This document shows, in pieces, positions 55,827-64,000 of a stretch of 64,000 nucleotides of DNA. Where the stretch lies: the IMG/VR virus record IMGVR_UViG_3300000976_000008, positions 47,223 to 111,222 of that record. One strand, 5' to 3'. This DNA is from a virus (taxonomy: Duplodnaviria; Heunggongvirae; Uroviricota; Caudoviricetes). Below the pieces are notes generated by a model. The model did no database searches. It was not told the origin of the DNA and saw only the letters and a program-made list of their open reading frames with translations. The translations under genes and the position numbers were made by a program. How positions within the stretch are numbered: the first letter of the stretch is position 1; every line of letters starts with the position of its first letter.

Positions 55827-56167
55827 TAAATATTGTAATCCCAAAGGTCTTTCAAACCAGATTTGACAAGACACTCATAGATCGTACCTACAGCAATCTC
55901 ACCCATATTTCTCTGGCGTTTCACTTCAACGGCTGAAATCTTTAAAAGATCGCCGACATACATTATTCCAAGTTTCTCAAGAGCATTCGCAACTTTTGAC
56001 GGTATACCTATTCCTAGAGTAGATAGATTCTTTCTCTCAATAATTGTCATTCTTCGAATGGTATCATAATCTATAAATTCATTGCCCTGCTCTCGGGAGA
56101 TCTTCATCCCGTAAGTTTTAAATTCTTCAGGAAACAAATTGGAAGAATTATCTATTCGTTTTGACAC
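55811..56167 (-). CDS. RNA polymerase alpha-CTD-like helix-hairpin-helix protein
   Basis: LSTLGIGIPSKVANALEKLGIMYVGDLLKISAVEVKRQRNMGEIAVGTIYECL resembles E. coli alpha-CTD [42 protein letters not shown]. Confidence 0.4.
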   Translation of the reverse strand: MSKRIDNSSNLFPEEFKTYGMKISREQGNEFIDYDTIRRMTIIERKNLSTLGIGIPSKVANALEKLGIMYVGDLLKISAVEVKRQRNMGEIAVGTIYECLVKSGLKDLWDYNIYYGDS

Positions 56168-56921
56168 GTTTCTTGAAACCTTTTATCAGATCACAGATGA
56201 ATGTAATATCATCGAGAAAATCATTCTCAGATGGATCAGATATTGCCGTAACAAGATTTCCATATACAGAACTCACAGCAATTTTCCTGAATCCAGATTC
56301 AAAAGAAAGATCTGGACATAACTCTCCAAATACGGTCCTGCCTAGAGCAATCACTAATTTAGGCTGCAGAACATTCATCTCCATTTGCAAAAAAGGTTGA
56401 CACTGTTTCCTGTGAATGGCCTCCAACTTCTTAGAATAGCATTTAGCGACATTCGTTATATATAAATCATCGTTGCTTAACCCATTTTTCACTATCTCAG
56501 AGTGAAATGAACTATTAGCAAACGGGACACGTTGTTCAACTTCATCCCAACCAGGATTAAGGCCAACAACCATAAATTTAGAAATAGCAACATTACTGAA
56601 GATATGAGGATCTCTAAGATCATCCCCATTTTCAGCCATTTCCAATCCAAGGTCACACATAGAGCATGCGAGACATGTCTTAGACAATTGAAGTAGCATT
56701 CTAGATTTATGATCGTCAGCCGTTTGTTCAGATGGCAATTGCATGATGCTTATGAGTGTTGGTTCGGGAAAATTATATGCCTTATTATCGTGACCAAACC
56801 AATCGAAATTCCTAAGCTCCCTCAAAAGAGCTAAATCTCGCGGCGAAGGAGGTTCAGAAGGTGGCTTATTATCGTGCAAAAACTTCTTCGTCCTTTGCAC
56901 GTGACTAGCATATTTAGTCAT
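56148..56921 (-). CDS. Uracil-DNA glycosylase (UDG), family 4/5
   Basis: CLACSMCDL, VVGLNPGWDEVEQRVPF, SEIVKNGL, LYITNVAKC and LVIALGRTVF follow the family-4 UDG motif order. Confidence 0.75.
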   Translation of the reverse strand: MTKYASHVQRTKKFLHDNKPPSEPPSPRDLALLRELRNFDWFGHDNKAYNFPEPTLISIMQLPSEQTADDHKSRMLLQLSKTCLACSMCDLGLEMAENGDDLRDPHIFSNVAISKFMVVGLNPGWDEVEQRVPFANSSFHSEIVKNGLSNDDLYITNVAKCYSKKLEAIHRKQCQPFLQMEMNVLQPKLVIALGRTVFGELCPDLSFESGFRKIAVSSVYGNLVTAISDPSENDFLDDITFICDLIKGFKKRVKTNR

Positions 56922-57636
56922 CTAGAAACCTAGCGACAAAGGCATCATACTCAGCTCTTGTGTCAATCCCAGATAAATCAGCGTCGAGTTCAACTAACTT
57001 AACTCTAAATCCACTTTGTAACCATTGCAATTGCTCTAAAGACTCGCACTGTAAAGTTGTCTCTTCCATAGCTTTCAGAGCGACAAGAAAATCCATCCTA
57101 TATGCGTAGGCACCAATATGTTTCAATGCTGTGTCGCTACCATGCGGAATCGAGCAACGACTAAAGTACATTGCATTACCACCATGATCAGCAACCACTT
57201 TCACAACATTTGGTGATTCATAATCATCTTTAGATGCGTCCACAACAAAAGTAGAAACATCGCTGGTAGAATCATTTAACAGATTCTGAATCAGATAATC
57301 AATCTGAGCACCAGATAGTTCTGGTTCATCTCCTTGAAGATTGATTATCACATCAACATCTCCAACCAATCTGTTCGCTACCCAAGAAACACGCTCTGTA
57401 CCAGACGCACATTTGGGAGTAAGAAATGTGATCACATCGGGAACATGAAAACTGTTAGAAACAATATCCAAGATCTTTTGATCTTCTGATGCAACAACAA
57501 CAGATTTTGCTAAAGAAGAATCACATGCATTTCTAATAGCATGAAATATCAAAGGTTGCCCAGTATCATCGAGCAACAATTTATTCGGCAATCTAGATGA
57601 ATCTAATCTAGCGGGTATTACTATTATGGGTAGCAT
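56914..57636 (-). CDS. kdsB: 3-deoxy-manno-octulosonate cytidylyltransferase (CMP-Kdo synthetase)
   Basis: IVIPARLDSSRLPNKLL, GTERV, IINLQGDEP, VKVV...ALYFSR, GAYAYR and ESLEQLQWL are the KdsB signature blocks. Confidence 0.85.
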   Translation of the reverse strand: MLPIIVIPARLDSSRLPNKLLLDDTGQPLIFHAIRNACDSSLAKSVVVASEDQKILDIVSNSFHVPDVITFLTPKCASGTERVSWVANRLVGDVDVIINLQGDEPELSGAQIDYLIQNLLNDSTSDVSTFVVDASKDDYESPNVVKVVADHGGNAMYFSRCSIPHGSDTALKHIGAYAYRMDFLVALKAMEETTLQCESLEQLQWLQSGFRVKLVELDADLSGIDTRAEYDAFVARFLDD

Positions 57637-57639
57637 TAT

Positions 57640-58566
57640 CTATGGCTGGCTACCTCTCTGAGCATATTTCAAAAGTCTAATGATACAAGAACCAACATCC
57701 ATGCACCAATCCCATTGTGCAGAACTACCTACACTAAATATACCACGATTCTCTACTGCATCTAATTTAGGAATATCTCCAAGAGGAATAGCACCTTCTA
57801 TAGATGTGCCATCAAGAATCTCGAATTTATCCATAAAGCTCATAAAATAAATCCCAGGATTTGGGATCTCATTGTGGCAATAGAAAAGATATCTATTTGG
57901 TGCAACGTTGGTGACCTTATAAAAATCAAACAATTGATCGGTCACCAAAGTCTGATTTGAGCCTTCAAAATCCAGACTCTCTGTTTCCATATGCAAATAA
58001 TGGATCGTCCTAGCTTTTAGAGAATGCTCAGTATTCATCAACCCAAGAAGAGCATCTAATGGGATGGTGCTCACACACTGATCAAAATCTTCTCTGACAC
58101 CATCTCTAACAAAATGATGATCGCCCACCTCAGTTATTAATCCTTTTCCGGATTCAGCTTTGAGTTCTTCTATAAATGTTTGTTGTAGAGATCCATATAA
58201 ATTATTGGCACGGATATCATAAACCCTCAAATCCATCCTACTCTTCATATATGGGACAGTTTGAGATGGTACATCCATCCCAAACAATTTATGTGCCCAA
58301 TCTTTGCAAAGGCCATCGTCCCATTGGCGGACCAATCCACCCCCAACAGACCATGCCAATTTATATTCGAATTTCTGCAAGCTGCGACTCTTCATTAGAT
58401 CTAGAATAAATTGATCTAATGTTTCGTCGCAGATTATGAAATTATCATCTAAGGCTGGATTAAAGCTGAAAAAACGACTCCTGTAGAATGGAATTACCTT
58501 CCATGAGTCGCCTAGAATAATTCTGGCCAGTAGGGCTACAATCCCCGATCCGAAAATCACATTCAT
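57640..58566 (-). CDS. FAD/NAD(P)-binding Rossmann-fold protein
   Basis: The N-terminal GxGxxA dinucleotide-binding motif is IFGSGIVALLA. Confidence 0.4.
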   Translation of the reverse strand: MNVIFGSGIVALLARIILGDSWKVIPFYRSRFFSFNPALDDNFIICDETLDQFILDLMKSRSLQKFEYKLAWSVGGGLVRQWDDGLCKDWAHKLFGMDVPSQTVPYMKSRMDLRVYDIRANNLYGSLQQTFIEELKAESGKGLITEVGDHHFVRDGVREDFDQCVSTIPLDALLGLMNTEHSLKARTIHYLHMETESLDFEGSNQTLVTDQLFDFYKVTNVAPNRYLFYCHNEIPNPGIYFMSFMDKFEILDGTSIEGAIPLGDIPKLDAVENRGIFSVGSSAQWDWCMDVGSCIIRLLKYAQRGSQP

Positions 58567-59465
58567 TAATCATCGTCTTCTTCGGGAGACATTCCATCCG
58601 CCGCTTCAACATTTGATTTTGGTTTCGTGACCGTCAGAGGACTTTCCTCTGGCTTTTCTGTAACTTCTTCTCCATCATCCGAAGCCTTGGCTTCGTCTTT
58701 CTTAGGAGCTTTCTTGGCGGTTTTCTTTTTCTTCTTCGGCTTCTTTTTAGGCTCGTCCTTGGCCTCTTCGTCCTTGACTACCTCGTCCTTGACTACCTCG
58801 CCCTTGACTTCCTCGTCCTTGACTTCCTCGTCCTTGATTACCTCTTCTTTAGGTTCTTCATTGACTTCCTCGCTCTTGACCTCTTCGACTACTTCGTCCT
58901 TGATTTCCTCGCTCTTAGACTCTTCATTATCAGATTTTTCGCCCTCAGGCTCATCTTTCTTAGGTTCCTTAGGTTCGCCATCTTCGCCAACCTCCTTCTT
59001 CTCTGCATCAGGATCTAGCTCAGAGTCGTCTGTCTTCTTCTCATCTGGGTTTTCTGGGTTTTCATTTGTTCCAGAACCTTTCAACCTGTCTGCGACAGTT
59101 GATCCATCACCCAAATCAATTGATTCATCTGGGTCTTGCAAAAGAGGATCTAATTCATGCTCTTCAATCCGCCCTTCCTCAAGAGGATTCATGAACACAT
59201 CTTGTGGAGGTTCCCATTCTGGATTGCAATTAACGCAAGACCATTCAATCACAGGAAATGGCGGTTCAGGAAGCGATACGATAATATCAACTCCTTGACC
59301 GCAAGATGGGCAAATAGTCGAAAGCTTGGTCGGTCGGACCATGACGCCTTCAGCATTTTGCATAGCAGAATTGACAGGTTCAGAATCAAACTCATATGGT
59401 CTCGCCGTAGTCTCTTGACCATCCATGAGAACATCAACGAGAGAAAATGGGTTGTACTCAGTCAT
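58566..59465 (-). CDS. Zinc-ribbon protein with a long acidic Lys/Glu/Asp/Val tandem-repeat tail
   Basis: CPSCGQG...CVNCNPEWE is followed by EEVKDEEVKGEVVKDEVVKDEE repeats. The DNA carries tandem repeats of about 15 nt at 58770-58860. Confidence 0.45.
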   Translation of the reverse strand: MTEYNPFSLVDVLMDGQETTARPYEFDSEPVNSAMQNAEGVMVRPTKLSTICPSCGQGVDIIVSLPEPPFPVIEWSCVNCNPEWEPPQDVFMNPLEEGRIEEHELDPLLQDPDESIDLGDGSTVADRLKGSGTNENPENPDEKKTDDSELDPDAEKKEVGEDGEPKEPKKDEPEGEKSDNEESKSEEIKDEVVEEVKSEEVNEEPKEEVIKDEEVKDEEVKGEVVKDEVVKDEEAKDEPKKKPKKKKKTAKKAPKKDEAKASDDGEEVTEKPEESPLTVTKPKSNVEAADGMSPEEDDD

Positions 59466-59769
59466 CGCTTGATTCTTCTTTCACTAGTTTGGCGATAGTA
59501 CCATCTGGGTGTAGAATTTCAATATCACCATTATTGTACTCAATAATATAAGTACCTTTTGGTGCATCTTTAACAGGCTTTACAACTCCAGAAAGAACTA
59601 TTTTCAGTTCTTCATCATGTGGATTAGATTCCTCTTTCTCAGAGGAGCTAGATTCCTCTAATATTTGATGAGAGATATCTAATCCTGATTTATCTGTGTA
59701 GACACCAATTATTATACTAAGTAGTATCGCAGTGGCCAATAATCCCAATGCTAACTTGAAGTTGCCCAT
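59458..59769 (-). CDS. Small exported or membrane-anchored protein
   Basis: The N-terminus is hydrophobic: MGNFKLALGLLATAILLSIIIGVY. Confidence 0.3.
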   Translation of the reverse strand: MGNFKLALGLLATAILLSIIIGVYTDKSGLDISHQILEESSSSEKEESNPHDEELKIVLSGVVKPVKDAPKGTYIIEYNNGDIEILHPDGTIAKLVKEESSDD

Positions 59770-60296
59770 TCTCCAGCCATTTTTCTGACTTGCTCAGCTT
59801 TGTCCTTCAGATGATCGAAAGAATCGGAAGAAACATGCACTTCTACAAATCTTTTATCTTGAGTCGTTGCCGCAGCACAAACAAATTGATCGCTGCCACA
59901 TTTACATGGTTTATCTGTATCAAAAGTTCTCTTCTCACATTTGACGCATATACTAGGCTGACCAGTGATTTTAACTTCAACCTTTGTAACCTCTACATAG
60001 TAAAAATTACAATTACCAACAATGCCAGAACCAGACAATTCACAAACCACGGTCCGACTTTTCTTATCCATGGTCTTCTTGTAGTTTTCGACTATCTTGT
60101 TCTTGAATTTGTCGAAGCAAGCAGTACAAATGTCAAGAGAAAAAATTACTCCACTATTCAGCATATGATTTAATGGGGGTTTTTTACCACCATTCATGCT
60201 GACATTTCTGAAGTCCCAAGAGTAGTATGAGAAATCGCTCCTATGTTGCATACCGCAATAATCACAAGCGATACCATCTCTATCCTTAAGTTGCAT
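59751..60296 (-). CDS. Cys-rich putative zinc-binding protein
   Basis: Multiple CxxC pairs: CDYCG, CTAC, CVKC, CKCG. Confidence 0.35.
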   Translation of the reverse strand: MQLKDRDGIACDYCGMQHRSDFSYYSWDFRNVSMNGGKKPPLNHMLNSGVIFSLDICTACFDKFKNKIVENYKKTMDKKSRTVVCELSGSGIVGNCNFYYVEVTKVEVKITGQPSICVKCEKRTFDTDKPCKCGSDQFVCAAATTQDKRFVEVHVSSDSFDHLKDKAEQVRKMAGEWATSS

Positions 60297-60335
60297 TTCA
60301 CACTCCTACACGATTATCTACAACAAACATAAATT

Positions 60336-60698
60336 ATGAAATTGAGCCAGATAACCGAATCATTAGACCAATATTTACCGGAACCACGTCAATTCAAGTA
60401 TGGCGATTGTGGTTACGAAGTATATTTTATGGCGGTGAAAGCGGTCAAATCAGGATTTGACAAATTCATTGTCGTAGACGGCATGGTCGATATTGGCAAC
60501 AATAGACTGATGCCCCATACCTGGATAGAATTACTAGATGGGACAGTAAAAGATCCCACGCAAAACCAATTTAATAGCCAGGACTTATTATATAGCCCAC
60601 CTGATGAATATAGGGAAGAATATTCTCCCACCGAATATATCGAATATTTTATAGAGGAAGTCGATGATGATCCTAAACCTCGTCAACTTCATCAATGA
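60336..60698 (+). CDS. Hypothetical protein (opposite strand)
   Basis: 120-aa ORF. Confidence 0.35.
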   Translation: MKLSQITESLDQYLPEPRQFKYGDCGYEVYFMAVKAVKSGFDKFIVVDGMVDIGNNRLMPHTWIELLDGTVKDPTQNQFNSQDLLYSPPDEYREEYSPTEYIEYFIEEVDDDPKPRQLHQ

Positions 60699-60891
60699 GA
60701 CGATCAGCATAATCACTTGCAAGAGCTGCAAGATGTGGATTAGTAAAGACTCTTTCCGGTTCCAACGAGTCTGCATCCAAGATTGTTTTGGCGATTTCGC
60801 CTGTGGGCACGACATCACGCATCATCAAATAGAGGAAAGTTACTAGCTTACTTTTGCTCTTTATGTCGTTCTTTGTGGAGGAGTTTGACAA
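60673..60891 (-). CDS. Hypothetical small protein
   Basis: 72-aa ORF. Confidence 0.25.
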   Translation of the reverse strand: MSNSSTKNDIKSKSKLVTFLYLMMRDVVPTGEIAKTILDADSLEPERVFTNPHLAALASDYADRLIDEVDEV

Positions 60892-63610
60892 TTGTTTGAT
60901 TCCTTCTCATCGTAAAAGTGCCTCTCATCTCATCATAATCAACCCACATCTCAATCCCTGTACCAACTAATAGAGATTCAGGATTTTGCAAAGCTAATTC
61001 ATTGTTGAAAATGAGAACTAAGGCTGTTTGAACACCGTCACTAACAAATAACCTAGCATACTCTTTGTTATTCTTAGATACGGCGAATTCTAAATCAGTG
61101 ATCACAACTTCAAGTTTAACTCCGTCATACTGACCACCACGCTTCGCAGCATCAATATCACAATTACCCTGTGTGAGATAAAGATCAAGTGGTGAATGCA
61201 AATAGTAACCAAGATATTGCTTCTCAAAAGCCAGAGTCTCTTCTAAAGTGAATTCTTTGTCAGAGTAAAGACTGATCACATTATCTCTACTGTCATTTGG
61301 TTTTGGCTTCCAATTCTTGATCTTCGCAGGGATTTTGCGGCGATTTGGATATTGCTTCTTATACTCTGCCTCTTGCCGCTGCCTCTCCTCTTCAATTGTT
61401 GTTTCGTTCCAACCATCTTTTTCAACCAGTTTGGCCCTGATTTCTCTTCGAAGTTGAGTTATATCCTTGCCACTACAGTATTTATATTCATACCATTTCC
61501 AAGTCGCATAAATGTTCTCATGTCCTTCAAGAACAGTGAATGCACCAAGTTTGATAAACCTTTCAAGAACGGTTTTGCTCTTACCGCCCTTCTTTTCAAT
61601 AAAATCATCAATATCAGTAAAATCGCCACGCCCAGCAAAACTTTCGGCTGCACTTTCACCAATTCCTTTAATGCCGATCATCCCCTGATTCACAACATCA
61701 TTTGTAACAGTAAAGTCTGTCGTCAAATTGAAAATGTTGATAGTTCCAAAGACAACTGTATCAGCTGGCTTTTCAGGATTGTAAGATCCACTATATGTAA
61801 CATGATCAGTCGGTTTCCATTCTTCAGATCTAGCAATGCCCATATATCTTACTAGTTTATCCGAATGACAATCGCTCATGACAGCGGCCCACCACTCTGG
61901 AGCAAAGTGAGCTTTCAACCATAAACATCTCTGAGCAACTAAGCAATAAGAAACAGCGTGAGAACGATTGAACGCATAGCGACCAAATGTTTCCATCTTG
62001 GTCCACCAGTTCTCTGATTCTTTCTGTCCTAAAACTCTAGATGCACCAACAATCCAATGCTCTCTAATGGGTTTCAACTTATGAACCCATTTCTTAGCAA
62101 CAGCTTTCCTAGCCTCTTGTGCTTGTGGTGCGGTAAAACCAGCTACTCGTTGCCAAATTGCCTGCAATTGTTCCTGATAGACAATTACACCATAGGTATC
62201 CTTCAAAACATCCAATATCTTAGGATGTAATCGATTCTTCCAAGAATCCGATCCACCATCACGATTCTCTACAGCTTCCGGTATAGAAGCCATCGGTCCT
62301 GGGTGCCCCATAGCATTGAAAAGCATCAAATCTTCAAAGTTTCTAACCCCATTCGCCAAAATGCTCTTCGCCAGATCAGTATCAAATTGGAAAATACCAT
62401 CTGTTTTCTGTTCATTAGCAAGACGTAATGCATCTTCATCATTGAGACTAATATAATGCTTGTTGCCCTCTGAATCGAAAAAATGACCAGCCCTATTCAA
62501 ATTAGGATTAATATCGTCCCATCCAGTCATAGCTGGTGGTAGTTCCTGACCGTGTTCAGATTCAGATTCTTTTCTCTCACCAAACGTGATACCTCTATTT
62601 TGCTCAATAAGCCTGCAACACTCGAAGATATATTTAAGCGTTTTGAGGCCAAGAATATCCCACTTAATATAACCAAATTTTGAAAGCTGAGTGTTCCTAC
62701 CCTCGGACCACATGCTTACCCAATAACCTTTGTTGTTACTCTTGGCTAAAGGAATATTTCCGAACAAAGTACGATCAGCGATAATGAGGGCACCAGCGTG
62801 CATACCCATGTTTCGCACTCGACCAATGATCTGAACAGCATAATCTATAACATCTGGATATTTAGCAGTAAACGAGGCAAGTTGCTCATATTCAGCTATC
62901 AGCTTACCGATAGTCGGGCCATCTGTAGCTTCTGATTGACAATTTGGACATCTGACTTCATTGTGAGAAGTACCACATTCTTTATCTTCGCCATCGGTTT
63001 TGATGCGACCTTTACAATTTGAATAACCACCATCTTTCAAATCATCAACATCATCCGGCAATTTAGTTGTAAGCTCATAGGCTTCAGCCTTATCAACCAT
63101 ACCAGTGGCAACACAAACATCGATCACAGATGATTTGAATTTATATGTCTGCCACGTTCCGACAGAACAAACAGGCCCATACCCATCAGTTATGCCCATC
63201 CCATACTTCTCAGCAGCATAGGTTTTAATTGGGTCGCGAGCTTCAGGAAGACAGTCGAGATCAATATCCGGCATATCCGGATCTTTTACAAAGTCTGGCG
63301 GAACAACTCCGTTCCTTTCTCGATATTTAACAACTTCAGCAGCTTTGACAGTACAAAGAATCTCATCATCTCTACCACTAATCGGGTCACCTTCGGCCAT
63401 ACCAAGCAACCAAGGCAAGACCAAACTATTGGGATTTGATCCAAATCGCTTCTTATCGTTGTAGAGATTCAGCCAATATGTAGTAGCACCTTGCTTCTCG
63501 ATCTCCTTAAATTCAAACTTCAAGCGTTTTGCGTAAGTTTCATCTAAAGATCGACCGTCAAGCTCACCATTAGCAAGCTCTTTTAATTCTTCCCAAGTGA
63601 CGCTAGCCAT
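60848..63610 (-). CDS. DnaE-family (Pol III alpha-type, C-family) DNA polymerase catalytic core lacking the N-terminal PHP domain
   Basis: Aligned to E. coli DnaE: [25 protein letters not shown] ~ [38 protein letters not shown] ~ [26 protein letters not shown] ~ PDFDVDFC (catalytic Asp pair); [10 protein letters not shown] ~ [20 protein letters not shown] ~ Gx[20 protein letters not shown] ~ KMDFLGLRTLT. The ORF begins at the equivalent of about DnaE residue 290. Confidence 0.8.
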   Translation of the reverse strand: [920 protein letters not shown]

Positions 63611-63987
63611 ACTTTATACTCTTCGTATTTCTCCGGATGCTTACTCTTTACATGCAAAGTCCGACCGGGTGTACTATTAATAGGATGAGTACAATACGGA
63701 CAACATAAAACTTCTTCCGGATTTTGTCTCGGGATTTCTCTCTTCGGCAAAGGTGGTGCATCTTTGAACTGAACTCTCGGTTTCCCGTTTTCATCGTAGA
63801 GAGCATCGACAGATTCCCAATCAATCGCCCAAGGATATGATGATTGGTGATTGCCTTCGCTGTCTTTTTTCACATCAGACAGATAAACATAACAGTGCTT
63901 TTTGAAAGCTTTCGCTAGAACTTCCTGATGACCTTTTCGATTCTTTACTCTATGGTGTGATAACACTCTTTTAGAATATCTTGGCAC
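63583..63987 (-). CDS. Hypothetical basic protein with a C-terminal CxxC
   Basis: 134-aa ORF upstream of the DnaE-like gene. It is not a PHP domain. Confidence 0.3.
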   Translation of the reverse strand: MPRYSKRVLSHHRVKNRKGHQEVLAKAFKKHCYVYLSDVKKDSEGNHQSSYPWAIDWESVDALYDENGKPRVQFKDAPPLPKREIPRQNPEEVLCCPYCTHPINSTPGRTLHVKSKHPEKYEEYKVWLASLGKN

Positions 63988-64000
63988 AATAAGAAGAACG

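Noticed and set aside
1-64000. Alternative genetic code (e.g. stop-codon reassignment, as in some giant phages)
   Set aside because: Recognisable proteins (Gmd, RecA, KdsB, DenV, the DnaE-like protein) read through at full length with standard stops. No in-frame TAG or TGA is needed to recover homology.

Overview
This 64-kb window reads as part of a large, AT-rich contractile-tailed (T4-like) phage genome. Almost all genes lie on the minus strand. One minus-strand ORF (2456..1) runs off the 5' edge, is missing from the ORF track, and has N- and C-terminal sequences that match the T4 gp18 tail sheath. T4-like replication and repair genes are present: a gp32-type single-stranded DNA-binding protein (SSB), a T4 RNase H (rnh) homolog, a DenV pyrimidine-dimer glycosylase, and DnaB/gp41-family helicase. 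Alongside these sit bacterial-type RecA, a PHP-less DnaE-family (Pol III alpha-type) polymerase core, and a separate minimal family-A polymerase palm ORF. Positions 14.9 to 28.7 kb hold a dense minus-strand tRNA island. I count at least 15 canonical tRNAs, several aberrant tRNA-like RNAs, tRNA 3'-half remnants and GC-rich structured segments. Homing endonucleases (two HNH, one or two LAGLIDADG) are interleaved with them. A glycan-modification set includes gmd, kdsB, a sulfotransferase, several glycosyltransferases and a macro domain. DNA-repair genes include a methylguanine-DNA methyltransferase (MGMT/Ogt), a family-4 uracil-DNA glycosylase (UDG), a UmuD-like S24 peptidase and an SNase-fold nuclease. 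The window also has several short opposite-strand gene islands, and the gp32-like gene has a tandem-repeat 5' leader. All calls rest on reading the translations against remembered family motifs. I ran no searches. tRNA coordinates are good to about ±2 nt, and many small ORFs are listed only as hypothetical.
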